Shown in pieces: positions 1 to 14,000 of a stretch of 64,000 nucleotides of DNA; positions within the stretch are counted from its first letter, which is position 1, and every line of letters starts with the position of its first letter. The position numbers and the translations under genes were made by a program. The DNA is from Haplodiscus bocki. Taxonomy: Eukaryota. The DNA is taken from contig OZ296652.1 in the NCBI GenBank assembly GCA_965655095.1, positions 2,728,001-2,792,000 of the forward strand, written 5' to 3'. The notes beneath the pieces were generated by a model. The model searched no databases and was not told the DNA's origin. It was given only the letters and a program-made list of their open reading frames with translations.

Positions 1-2055
1 TAGAAAATCAAGGAGCTCGAAAAAGCGAAGTTATTCAAAATCTTTTTGAACCGGAGGAGAGACAAAGTCGTTGTTCCAATATTAAAAGTTTTATAGAAAA
101 AAGTCGCTTTTTATTGCAACAAAATATTCATTCGCTCAAGCTTGGATACACTTTACTTGACTCAACCAAAAAATGCTTGCAGATGTCTACCAGTGTGGAA
201 CTTTGTCCATCTACAGAAAGTGATAAATTTTGCCATCGAAAGTTAACGATGATCTGGTTGGAGGGCGATTAATAGTGTTTACTTGTATAATTGTTGTTGA
301 CGAAACTCGCAATCGCGAGTCCACGAAAGGATGGATTGTTGAAATTGATGCTGACCAAATTCACCCTTACTCAATGTGTCGACCTATGCTTACAGGACTT
401 CACACAAAAAACAATTTCGGTGCAGAAGTGCAATGATTCAAGCCTCGTCAGAACAAGTCTGAGAGCTTCAAAGAAAGTTATGTCGTACTTTCGATGAAGG
501 ACAACCGATTGTAAAACTGAGAATTTCTGCATAACAGGAAGTCAAAGAAGATCGATTGTTTCAATGCAAAGGAGCTTTGTGGACTTCTCAATTTAGTGCT
601 TGAGGCAAGGAGTTGTTTTTAACCGAACTGTTTTTTAAAGGAGCACAACCAGCTCTAATTTAAGATGAAATCCAACAGAAAACGAAAGGGAGAGAAAAGG
701 ATGAAATGAACAATATACCACAGAGAACGGTTTCACTGTTGTCGAGATGTGAGAAAGTCCATGTTGGAAATTCTACACGACGGATCTAGTGGTAGAGAAC
801 ACTTGAAAATTTATGTCCCATACAAGCCCCCATTTCGTTAGGATCCGTTTTTGGAGCAGATAAAATCAGACTTATTGTTTAGTTATGTACAGTGTAATAT
901 GAAGGTCTCGGAACATCTTAGAGAACATTTCGCCACTTTTTCGCCAATTTTCGAAAAATAAACATGTGTCGACAAAGTAAAGGTCCATTATAGGAGGGTA
1001 AGCTCAGAATAAAAGGTTATTGTCCCAACCGTGACAAATGTTAATTTCTAGATTCGAGCTAACCAATGGAACCATTACTCCCTTGCTACTATTTTAATTC
1101 GAGTTGAGACTCTTGAGCACAAAAAATATCGCTCTGTTGATTAGACACCTGTGAAATGTGTTAACGACTTTGTGCAATCTTCTATTAATGCTGGTCGTCA
1201 GTGAGCCGATATTCCCATTTGTATTGTTGTTGCAGAAACTGTTAAATTGCTTACCAACAGCTCGTTTGGTTATCAAGTTTGGACCGCAGTCGCCAGTCAA
1301 TTACAAAATACATGAATGATGAAAAAACACATGCATCGATCAACATTAAAATGTTCAGGAGATTGGGTATTATCAACGACCAACTTTACGGAGTGAAGTT
1401 TGCCAAATCTGAAATTGAACACGGGAATCAATCAGTTTAGTCTTCTTTATCTTAGGTACACTAAATTGAGAATGCTGGAGCTGTAGTACAACTTTTTTCC
1501 ACAAAATTTTGCGATAAGAAGTATGAGTAGTTGTAAAGAGACAGCAATTCACTGTGTTTAGTATTAGCAGTAAATGAAATGGCTGTTTGTATACGAACTG
1601 AGAAGGCATGAACCGGAACTGTTACGTAGCATAAACTGTAATAAATGGTTCACCGCAGACGCTTGCAGCAGTTTTTTCCCCATGAATTGTTGTGCTAAAC
1701 AAAATGAAGACATGATGAGAGAGAGAACCTGGATTGCTCAAGGAAGAATTCTGATGTGCCAAAGAGTTGACATTGTGTAATAAGACATACTGCCTCAGTG
1801 AATCTCTGAGCAACAAGTGTAAATTCAGCAGCAAAGGATTGAACATACGGACATTTGAAGACATTGGTGATGCACCCATGGCAGAAATAAAAAATTTCGG
1901 ACGAAGTAACAAACGAAACATTCACTAAACGTGAGTTTCGCAAAAAGAATCTTTGTTTTGCAACCTACGAGCAAATAAAGAAGTAACTCTTTTCCTATCT
2001 ACCAAAACAAAAAGTAGACGCAGATGCAGTCAGTACTCATCCATCGCGAGTTTAA
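1..2055 (+). pseudogene. Decayed protein-primed family B DNA polymerase (Polinton/Maverick/adintovirus-type pPolB), C-terminal half; positions ~120-2055 are repeated in every array unit
   Basis: PolB motifs appear in order across frameshifts and stops. Pre-motif A and motif A: DLVGGRLIVF..VVDET...IVEIDADQIHPYSMCRPMLTGL (~250-400, cf. GIDASQLYPYSM..MPTG). An insert KKIDCF.....C...LEA..CF follows (~545-620). Motif B reads VKLLTNSSFGYQ (~1241-1276), decayed motif C reads RDSNSLCL (~1538-1560, cf. MDTDSLY), and the KxY motif reads LCNKTYC...KFSSKGLN (~1773-1845). The C-terminus SYLPKQKVDADAVSTHPSRV* ends at 2055. Homology continues into the unique left flank 1-119 (DKVVVPILK...AFY). Confidence 0.85.
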
Positions 2056-5000
2056 ATTTCAAAAAATTTAGGTTTTACTCACATATAAAAGCTAATTCAC
2101 TGTTTAAAAATTTTCAAATGGATCATTTCACATAGCAGCAAGCAAAAACCGCAAGAAAATAGCCGCAGACGTAAAAAATTATGCAAAGTCGCAATGAAAA
2201 ATCTGCCGGGCCTTTTAAAAAATGTGGCACCGTCTGCGGTGGTTCGACATCCCGTAGGACGCCTCTTCTCTTCCACCACCTTCTGCTCACGCATTACTAC
2301 TACACTAATGGACAAAACAAAGCAGATTTCAAGGATGAACCAAATGACATTAGAACCCTAAAACTTTGTGAACTTTGATGAACCTGACTAGTGCCGATGC
2401 ATCGCACTGCAAAAAAAAAGCCCATGCGTTGCCCATTTTAACGTATTGGATATCTTTTGACTCAAGGCGGTGTCAGGGCCAAAATATTCATTCGCTCAAG
2501 CTTGGATACACTTTACTTGACTCAACCAAAAAATGCTTGCAGATTTCTACCAGTGTGGAACTTTGTCCACCTACAGAAAGTGATAAATTTTGCCATCGAA
2601 AGTTAACGATGATCTGGTTGGAGGGCGATTAATAGTGTTTACTTGTATAATTGTTGTTGACGAAACTCGCAATCGCGAGTCCACGAAAGGATGGATTGTT
2701 GAAATTGATGCTGACCAAATTCACCCTTACTCAATGTGTCGACCTATGCTTACAGGACTTCACACAAAAAACAATTTCGGTGCAGAAGTGCAATGATTCA
2801 AGCCTCGTCAGAACAAGTCTGAGAGCTTCAAAGAAAGTTATGTCGTACTTTCGATGAAGGACAACCGATTGTAAAACTGAGAATTTCTGCATAACAGGAA
2901 GTCAAAGAAGATCGATTGTTTCAATGCAAAGGAGCTTTGTGGACTTCTCAATTTAGTGCTTGAGGCAAGGAGTTGTTTTTAACCGAACTGTTTTTTAAAG
3001 GAGCACAACCAGCTCTAATTTAAGATGAAATCCAACAGAAAACGAAAGGGAGAGAAAAGGATGAAATGAACAATATACCACAGAGAACGGTTTCACTGTT
3101 GTCGAGATGTGAGAAAGTCCATGTTGGAAATTCTACACGACGGATCTAGTGGTAGAGAACACTTGAAAATTTATGTCCCATACAAGCCCCCATTTCGTTA
3201 GGATCCGTTTTTGGAGCAGATAAAATCAGACTTATTGTTTAGTTATGTACAGTGTAATATGAAGGTCTCGGAACATCTTAGAGAACATTTCGCCACTTTT
3301 TCGCCAATTTTCGAAAAATAAACATGTGTCGACAAAGTAAAGGTCCATTATAGGAGGGTAAGCTCAGAATAAAAGGTTATTGTCCCAACCGTGACAAATG
3401 TTAATTTCTAGATTCGAGCTAACCAATGGAACCATTACTCCCTTGCTACTATTTTAATTCGAGTTGAGACTCTTGAGCACAAAAAATATCGCTCTGTTGA
3501 TTAGACACCTGTGAAATGTGTTAACGACTTTGTGCAATCTTCTATTAATGCTGGTCGTCAGTGAGCCGATATTCCCATTTGTATTGTTGTTGCAGAAACT
3601 GTTAAATTGCTTACCAACAGCTCGTTTGGTTATCAAGTTTGGACCGCAGTCGCCAGTCAATTACAAAATACATGAATGATGAAAAAACACATGCATCGAT
3701 CAACATTAAAATGTTCAGGAGATTGGGTATTATCAACGACCAACTTTACGGAGTGAAGTTTGCCAAATCTGAAATTGAACACGGGAATCAATCAGTTTAG
3801 TCTTCTTTATCTTAGGTACACTAAATTGAGAATGCTGGAGCTGTAGTACAACTTTTTTCCACAAAATTTTGCGATAAGAAGTATGAGTAGTTGTAAAGAG
3901 ACAGCAATTCACTGTGTTTAGTATTAGCAGTAAATGAAATGGCTGTTTGTATACGAACTGAGAAGGCATGAACCGGAACTGTTACGTAGCATAAACTGTA
4001 ATAAATGGTTCACCGCAGACGCTTGCAGCAGTTTTTTCCCCATGAATTGTTGTGCTAAACAAAATGAAGACATGATGAGAGAGAGAACCTGGATTGCTCA
4101 AGGAAGAATTCTGATGTGCCAAAGAGTTGACATTGTGTAATAAGACATACTGCCTCAGTGAATCTCTGAGCAACAAGTGTAAATTCAGCAGCAAAGGATT
4201 GAACATACGGACATTTGAAGACATTGGTGATGCACCCATGGCAAAAATAAAAAATTTCGGACGAAGTAACAAACGAAACATTCACTAAACGTGAGTTTCG
4301 CAAAAAGAATCTTTGTTTTGCAACCTACGAGCAAATAAAGAAGTAACTCTTTTCCTATCTACCAAAACAAAAAGTAGACGCAGATGCAGTCAGTACTCAT
4401 CCATCGCGAGTTTAAATTTCAAAAATTTTAGGTTTTACTCACATATAAAAGCTAATTCACTGTTTAAAAATTTTCAAATGGATCATTTCACATAGCAGCA
4501 AGCAAAAACCGCAAGAAAATAGCCGCAGACGTAAAAAATTATGCAAAGTCGCAATGAAAAATCTGCCGGGCCTTTTAAAAAATGTGGCACCGTCTGCGGT
4601 GGTTCGACATCCCGTAGGACGCCTCTTCTCTTCCACCACCTTCTGCTCACGCATTACTACTACACTAATGGACAAAACAAAGCAGATTTCAAGGATGAAC
4701 CAAATGACATTAGAACCCTAAAACTTTGTGAACTTTGATGAACCTGACTAGTGCCGATGCATCGCACTGCAAAAAAAAGCCCATGCGTTGCCCATTTTAA
4801 CGTATTGGATATCTTTTGACTCAAGGCGGTGTCAGGGCCAAAATATTCATTCGCTCAAGCTTGGATACACTTTACTTGACTCAACCAAAAAATGCTTGCA
4901 GATTTCTACCAGTGTGGAACTTTGTCCATCTACAGAAAGTGATAAATTTTGCCATCGAAAGTTAACGATGATCTGGTTGGAGGGCGATTAATAGTGTTTA

Positions 5001-8000
5001 CTTGTATAATTGTTGTTGACGAAACTCGCAATCGCAAGTCCACGAAAGGATGGATTGTTGAAATTGATGCTGACCAAATTCACCCTTACTCAATGTGTCG
5101 ACCTATGCTTACAGGACTTCACACAAAAAACAATTTCGGTGCAGAAGTGCAATGATTCAAGCCTCGTCAGAACAAGTCTGAGAGCTTCAAAGAAAGTTAT
5201 GTCGTACTTTCGATGAAGGACAACCGATTGTAAAACTGAGAATTTCTGCATAACAGGAAGTCAAAGAAGATCGATTGTTTCAATGCAAAGGAGCTTTGTG
5301 GACTTCTCAATTTAGTGCTTGAGGCAAGGAGTTGTTTTTAACCGAACTGTTTTTTAAAGGAGCACAACCAGCTCTAATTTAAGATGAAATCCAACAGAAA
5401 ACGAAAGGGAGAGAAAAGGATGAAATGAACAATATACCACAGAGAACGGTTTCACTGTTGTCGAGATGTGAGAAAGTCCATGTTGGAAATTCTACACGAC
5501 GGATCTAGTGGTAGAGAACACTTGAAAATTTATGTCCCATACAAGCCCCCATTTCGTTAGGATCCGTTTTTGGAGCAGATAAAATCAGACTTATTGTTTA
5601 GTTATGTACAGTGTAATATGAAGGTCTCGGAACATCTTAGAGAACATTTCGCCACTTTTTCGCCAATTTTCGAAAAATAAACATGTGTCGACAAAGTAAA
5701 GGTCCATTATAGGAGGGTAAGCTCAGAATAAAAGGTTATTGTCCCAACCGTGACAAATGTTAATTTCTAGATTCGAGCTAACCAATGGAACCATTACTCC
5801 CTTGCTACTATTTTAATTCGAGTTGAGACTCTTGAGCACAAAAAATATCGCTCTGTTGATTAGACACCTGTGAAATGTGTTAACGACTTTGTGCAATCTT
5901 CTATTAATGCTGGTCGTCAGTGAGCCGATATTCCCATTTGTATTGTTGTTGCAGAAACTGTTAAATTGCTTACCAACAGCTCGTTTGGTTATCAAGTTTG
6001 GACCGCAGTCGCCAGTCAATTACAAAATACATGAATGATGAAAAAACACATGCATCGATCAACATTAAAATGTTCAGGAGATTGGGTATTATCAACGACC
6101 AACTTTACGGAGTGAAGTTTGCCAAATCTGAAATTGAACACGGGAATCAATCAGTTTAGTCTTCTTTATCTTAGGTACACTAAATTGAGAATGCTGGAGC
6201 TGTAGTACAACTTTTTTCCACAAAATTTTGCGATAAGAAGTATGAGTAGTTGTAAAGAGACAGCAATTCACTGTGTTTAGTATTAGCAGTAAATGAAATG
6301 GCTGTTTGTATACGAACTGAGAAGGCATGAACCGGAACTGTTACGTAGCATAAACTGTAATAAATGGTTCACCGCAGACGCTTGCAGCAGTTTTTTCCCC
6401 ATGAATTGTTGTGCTAAACAAAATGAAGACATGATGAGAGAGAGAACCTGGATTGCTCAAGGAAGAATTCTGATGTGCCAAAGAGTTGACATTGTGTAAT
6501 AAGACATACTGCCTCAGTGAATCTCTGAGCAACAAGTGTAAATTCAGCAGCAAAGGATTGAACATACGGACATTTGAAGACATTGGTGATGCACCCATGG
6601 CAAAAATAAAAAATTTCGGACGAAGTAACAAACGAAACATTCACTAAACGTGAGTTTCGCAAAAAGAATCTTTGTTTTGCAACCTACGAGCAAATAAAGA
6701 AGTAACTCTTTTCCTATCTACCAAAACAAAAAGTAGACGCAGATGCAGTCAGTACTCATCCATCGCGAGTTTAAATTTCAAAAATTTTAGGTTTTACTCA
6801 CATATAAAAGCTAATTCACTGTTTAAAAATTTTCAAATGGATCATTTCACATAGCAGCAAGCAAAAACCGCAAGAAAATAGCCGCAGACGTAAAAAATTA
6901 TGCAAAGTCGCAATGAAAAATCTGCCGGGCCTTTTAAAAAATGTGGCACCGTCTGCGGTGGTTCGACATCCCGTAGGACGCCTCTTCTCTTCCACCACCT
7001 TCTGCTCACGCATTACTACTACACTAATGGACAAAACAAAGCAGATTTCAAGGATGAACCAAATGACATTAGAACCCTAAAACTTTGTGAACTTTGATGA
7101 ACCTGACTAGTGCCGATGCATCGCACTGCAAAAAAAAGCCCATGCGTTGCCCATTTTAACGTATTGGATATCTTTTGACTCAAGGCGGTGTCAGGGCCAA
7201 AATATTCATTCGCTCAAGCTTGGATACACTTTACTTGACTCAACCAAAAAATGCTTGCAGATTTCTACCAGTGTGGAACTTTGTCCATCTACAGAAAGTG
7301 ATAAATTTTGCCATCGAAAGTTAACGATGATCTGGTTGGAGGGCGATTAATAGTGTTTACTTGTATAATTGTTGTTGACGAAACTCGCAATCGCAAGTCC
7401 ACGAAAGGATGGATTGTTGAAATTGATGCTGACCAAATTCACCCTTACTCAATGTGTCGACCTATGCTTACAGGACTTCACACAAAAAACAATTTCGGTG
7501 CAGAAGTGCAATGATTCAAGCCTCGTCAGAACAAGTCTGAGAGCTTCAAAGAAAGTTATGTCGTACTTTCGATGAAGGACAACCGATTGTAAAACTGAGA
7601 ATTTCTGCATAACAGGAAGTCAAAGAAGATCGATTGTTTCAATGCAAAGGAGCTTTGTGGACTTCTCAATTTAGTGCTTGAGGCAAGGAGTTGTTTTTAA
7701 CCGAACTGTTTTTTAAAGGAGCACAACCAGCTCTAATTTAAGATGAAATCCAACAGAAAACGAAAGGGAGAGAAAAGGATGAAATGAACAATATACCACA
7801 GAGAACGGTTTCACTGTTGCGAGATGTGAGAAAGTCCATGTTGGAAATTCTACACGACGGATCTAGTGGTAGAGAACACTTGAAAATTTATGTCCCATAC
7901 AAGCCCCCATTTCGTTAGGATCCGTTTTTGGAGCAGATAAAATCAGACTTATTGTTTAGTTATGTACAGTGTAATATGAAGGTCTCGGAACATCTTAGAG

Positions 8001-11000
8001 AACATTTCGCCACTTTTTCGCCAATTTTCGAAAAATAAACATGTGTCGACAAAGTAAAGGTCCATTATAGGAGGGTAAGCTCAGAATAAAAGGTTATTGT
8101 CCCAACCGTGACAAATGTTAATTTCTAGATTCGAGCTAACCAATGGAACCATTACTCCCTTGCTACTATTTTAATTCGAGTTGAGACTCTTGAGCACAAA
8201 AAATATCGCTCTGTTGATTAGACACCTGTGAAATGTGTTAACGACTTTGTGCAATCTTCTATTAATGCTGGTCGTCAGTGAGCCGATATTCCCATTTGTA
8301 TTGTTGTTGCAGAAACTGTTAAATTGCTTACCAACAGCTCGTTTGGTTATCAAGTTTGGACCGCAGTCGCCAGTCAATTACAAAATACATGAATGATGAA
8401 AAAACACATGCATCGATCAACATTAAAATGTTCAGGAGATTGGGTATTATCAACGACCAACTTTACGGAGTGAAGTTTGCCAAATCTGAAATTGAACACG
8501 GGAATCAATCAGTTTACTCTTCTTTATCTTAGGTACACTAAATTGAGAATGCTGGAGCTGTAGTACAACTTTTTTCCACAAAATTTTGCGATAAGAAGTA
8601 TGAGTAGTTGTAAAGAGACAGCAATTCACTGTGTTTAGTATTAGCAGTAAATGAAATGGCTGTTTGTATACGAACTGAGAAGGCATGAACCGGAACTGTT
8701 ACATAGCATAAACTGTAATAAATGGTTCACCGCAGACGCTTGCAGCAGTTTTTTCCCCATGAATTGTTGTGCTAAACAAAATGAAGACATGATGAGAGAG
8801 AGAACCTGGATTGCTCAAGGAAGAATTCTGATGTGCCAAAGAGTTGACATTGTGTAATAAGACATACTGCCTCAGTGAATCTCTGAGCAACAAGTGTAAA
8901 TTCAGCAGCAAAGGATTGAACATACGGACATTTGAAGACATTGGTGATGCACCCATGGCAAAAATAAAAAATTTCGGACGAAGTAACAAACGAAACATTC
9001 ACTAAACGTGAGTTTCGCAAAAGGAATCTTTGTTTTGCAACCTACGAGCAAATAAAGAAGTAACTCTTTTCCTATCTACTAAAACAAAAAGTAGACGCAG
9101 ATGCAGTCAGTACTCATCCATCGCGAGTTTAAATTTCAAAAATTTTAGGTTTTACTCACATATAAAAGCTAATTCACTGTTTAAAAATTTTCAAATGGAT
9201 CATTTCACATAGCAGCAAGCAAAAACCGCAAGAAAATAGCCGCAGACGTAAAAAATTATGCAAAGTCGCAATGAAAAATCTGCCGGGCCTTTTAAAAAAT
9301 GTGGCACCGTCTGCGGTGGTTCGACATCCCGTAGGACGCCTCTTCTCTTCCACCACCTTCTGCTCACGCATTACTACTACACTAATGGACAAAACAAAGC
9401 AGATTTCAAGGATGAACCAAATGACATTAGAACCCTAAAACTTTGTGAACTTTGATGAACCTGACTAGTGCCGATGCATCGCACTGCAAAAAAAAGCCCA
9501 TGCGTTGCCCATTTTAACGTATTGGATATCTTTTGACTCAAGGCGGTGTCAGGGCCAAAATATTCATTCGCTCAAGCTTGGATACACTTTACTTGACTCA
9601 ACCAAAAAATGCTTGCAGATTTCTACCAGTGTGGAACTTTGTCCATCTACAGAAAGTGATAAATTTTGCCATCGAAAGTTAACGATGATCTGGTTGGAGG
9701 GCGATTAATAGTGTTTACTTGTATAATTGTTGTTGACGAAACTCGCAATCGCAAGTCCACGAAAGGATGGATTGTTGAAATTGATGCTGACCAAATTCAC
9801 CCTTACTCAATGTGTCGACCTATGCTTACAGGACTTCACACAAAAAACAATTTCGGTGCAGAAGTGCAATGATTCAAGCCTCGTCAGAACAAGTCTGAGA
9901 GCTTCAAAGAAAGTTATGTCGTACTTTCGATGAAGGACAACCGATTGTAAAACTGAGAATTTCTGCATAACAGGAAGTCAAAGAAGATCGATTGTTTCAA
10001 TGCAAAGGAGCTTTGTGGACTTCTCAATTTAGTGCTTGAGGCAAGGAGTTGTTTTTAACCGAACTGTTTTTTAAAGGAGCACAACCAGCTCTAATTTAAG
10101 ATGAAATCCAACAGAAAACGAAAGGGAGAGAAAAGGATGAAATGAACAATATACCACAGAGAACGGTTTCACTGTTGTCGAGATGTGAGAAAGTCCATGT
10201 TGGAAATTCTACACGACGAATCTAGTGGTAGAGAACACTTGAAAATTTATGTCCCATACAAGCCCCCATTTCGTTAGGATCCGTTTTTGGAGCAGATAAA
10301 ATCAGACTTATTGTTTAGTTATGTACAGTGTAATATGAAGGTCTCGGAACATCTTAGAGAACATTTCGCCACTTTTTCGCCAATTTTCGAAAAATAAACA
10401 TGTGTCGACAAAGTAAAGGTCCATTATAGGAGGGTAAGCTCAGAATAAAAGGTTATTGTCCCAACCGTGACAAATGTTAATTTCTAGATTCGAGCTAACC
10501 AATGGAACCATTACTCCCTTGCTACTATTTTAATTCGAGTTGAGACTCTTGAGCACAAAAAATATCGCTCTGTTGATTAGACACCTGTGAAATGTGTTAA
10601 CGACTTTGTGCAATCTTCTATTAATGCTGGTCGTCAGTGAGCCGATATTCCCATTTGTATTGTTGTTGCAGAAACTGTTAAATTGCTTACCAACAGCTCG
10701 TTTGGTTATCAAGTTTGGACCGCAGTCGCCAGTCAATTACAAAATACATGAATGATGAAAAAACACATGCATCGATCAACATTAAAATGTTCAGGAGATT
10801 GGGTATTATCAACGACCAACTTTACGGAGTGAAGTTTGCCAAATCTGAAATTGAACACGGGAATCAATCAGTTTAGTCTTCTTTATCTTAGGTACACTAA
10901 ATTGAGAATGCTGGAGCTGTAGTACAACTTTTTTCCACAAAATTTTGCGATAAGAAGTATGAGTAGTTGTAAAGAGACAGCAATTCACTGTGTTTAGTAT

Positions 11001-14000
11001 TAGCAGTAAATGAAATGGCTGTTTGTATACGAACTGAGAAGGCATGAACCGGAACTGTTACGTAGCATAAACTGTAATAAATGGTTCACCGCAGACGCTT
11101 GCAGCAGTTTTTTCCCCATGAATTGTTGTGCTAAACAAAATGAAGACATGATGAGAGAGAGAACCTGGATTGCTCAAGGAAGAATTCTGATGTGCCAAAG
11201 AGTTGACATTGTGTAATAAGACATACTGCCTCAGTGAATCTCTGAGCAACAAGTGTAAATTCAGCAGCAAAGGATTGAACATACGGACATTTGAAGACAT
11301 TGGTGATGCACCCATGGCAAAAATAAAAAATTTCGGACGAAGTAACAAACGAAACATTCACTAAACGTGAGTTTCGCAAAAGGAATCTTTGTTTTGCAAC
11401 CTACGAGCAAATAAAGAAGTAACTCTTTTCCTATCTACTAAAACAAAAAGTAGACGCAGATGCAGTCAGTACTCATCCATCGCGAGTTTAAATTTCAAAA
11501 ATTTTAGGTTTTACTCACATATAAAAGCTAATTCACTGTTTAAAAATTTTCAAATGGATCATTTCACATAGCAGCAAGCAAAAACCGCAAGAAAATAGCC
11601 GCAGACGTAAAAAATTATGCAAAGTCGCAATGAAAAATCTGCCGGGCCTTTTAAAAAATGTGGCACCGTCTGCGGTGGTTCGACATCCCGTAGGACGCCT
11701 CTTCTCTTCCACCACCTTCTGCTCACGCATTACTACTACACTAATGGACAAAACAAAGCAGATTTCAAGGATGAACCAAATGACATTAGAACCCTAAAAC
11801 TTTGTGAACTTTGATGAACCTGACTAGTGCCGATGCATCGCACTGCAAAAAAAAGCCCATGCGTTGCCCATTTCAACGTATTGGATATCTTTTGACTCAA
11901 GGCGGTGTCAGGGCCAAAATATTCATTCGCTCAAGCTTGGATACACTTTACTTGACTCAACCAAAAAATGCTTGCAGATTTCTACCAGTGTGGAACTTTG
12001 TCCATCTACAGAAAGTGATAAATTTTGCCATCGAAAGTTAACGATGATCTGGTTGGAGGGCGATTAATAGTGTTTACTTGTATAATTGTTGTTGACGAAA
12101 CTCGCAATCGCAAGTCCACGAAAGGATGGATTGTTGAAATTGATGCTGACCAAATTCACCCTTACTCAATGTGTCGACCTATGCTTACAGGACTTCACAC
12201 AAAAAACAATTTCGGTGCAGAAGTGCAATGATTCAAGCCTCGTCAGAACAAGTCTGAGAGCTTCAAAGAAAGTTATGTCGTACTTTCGATGAAGGACAAC
12301 CGATTGTAAAACTGAGAATTTCTGCATAACAGGAAGTCAAAGAAGATCGATTGTTTCAATGCAAAGGAGCTTTGTGGACTTCTCAATTTAGTGCTTGAGG
12401 CAAGGAGTTGTTTTTAACCGAACTGTTTTTTAAAGGAGCACAACCAGCTCTAATTTAAGATGAAATCCAACAGAAAACGAAAGGGAGAGAAAAGGATGAA
12501 ATGAACAATATACCACAGAGAACGGTTTCACTGTTGTCGAGATGTGAGAAAGTCCATGTTGGAAATTCTACACGACGGATCTAGTGGTAGAGAACACTTG
12601 AAAATTTATGTCCCATACAAGCCCCCATTTCGTTAGGATCCGTTTTTGGAGCAGATAAAATCAGACTTATTGTTTAGTTATGTACAGTGTAATATGAAGG
12701 TCTCGGAACATCTTAGAGAACATTTCGCCACTTTTTCGCCAATTTTCGAAAAATAAACATGTGTCGACAAAGTAAAGGTCCATTATAGGAGGGTAAGCTC
12801 AGAATAAAAGGTTATTGTCCCAACCGTGACAAATGTTAATTTCTAGATTCGAGCTAACCAATGGAACCATTACTCCCTTGCTACTATTTTAATTCGAGTT
12901 GAGACTCTTGAGCACAAAAAATATCGCTCTGTTGATTAGACACCTGTGAAATGTGTTAACGACTTTGTGCAATCTTCTATTAATGCTGGTCGTCAGTGAG
13001 CCGATATTCCCATTTGTATTGTTGTTGCAGAAACTGTTAAATTGCTTACCAACAGCTCGTTTGGTTATCAAGTTTGGACCGCAGTCGCCAGTCAATTACA
13101 AAATACATGAATGATGAAAAAACACATGCATCGATCAACATTAAAATGTTCAGGAGATTGGGTATTATCAACGACCAACTTTACGGAGTGAAGTTTGCCA
13201 AATCTGAAATTGAACACGGGAATCAATCAGTTTAGTCTTCTTTATCTTAGGTACACTAAATTGAGAATGCTGGAGCTGTAGTACAACTTTTTTCCACAAA
13301 ATTTTGCGATAAGAAGTATGAGTAGTTGTAAAGAGACAGCAATTCACTGTGTTTAGTATTAGCAGTAAATGAAATGGCTGTTTGTATACGAACTGAGAAG
13401 GCATGAACCGGAACTGTTACGTAGCATAAACTGTAATAAATGGTTCACCGCAGACGCTTGCAGCAGTTTTTTCCCCATGAATTGTTGTGCTAAACAAAAT
13501 GAAGACATGATGAGAGAGAGAACCTGGATTGCTCAAGGAAGAATTCTGATGTGCCAAAGAGTTGACATTGTGTAATAAGACATACTGCCTCAGTGAATCT
13601 CTGAGCAACAAGTGTAAATTCAGCAGCAAAGGATTGAACATACGGACATTTGAAGACATTGGTGATGCACCCATGGCAAAAATAAAAAATTTCGGACGAA
13701 GTAACAAACGAAACATTCACTAAACGTGAGTTTCGCAAAAAGAATCTTTGTTTTGCAACCTACGAGCAAATAAAGAAGTAACTCTTTTCCTATCTACTAA
13801 AACAAAAAGTAGACGCAGATGCAGTCAGTACTCATCCATCGCGAGTTTAAATTTCAAAAATTTTAGGTTTTACTCACATATAAAAGCTAATTCACTGTTT
13901 AAAAATTTTCAAATGGATCATTTCACATAGCAGCAAGCAAAAACCGCAAGAAAATAGCCGCAGACGTAAAAAATTATGCAAAGTCGCAATGAAAAATCTG

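Noticed and set aside
1-2055. Complete or active Polinton
   Set aside because: Only a decayed PolB half is present. No capsid, ATPase, protease, integrase or terminal inverted repeats were recognised in the window.
2385-2410. Helitron tandem array
   Set aside because: Unit junctions are at a 12-bp microhomology inside PolB, not at TC...CTRR ends. The hairpin overlaps the CTAG rather than lying ~11 nt before it, and there is no Rep/helicase.
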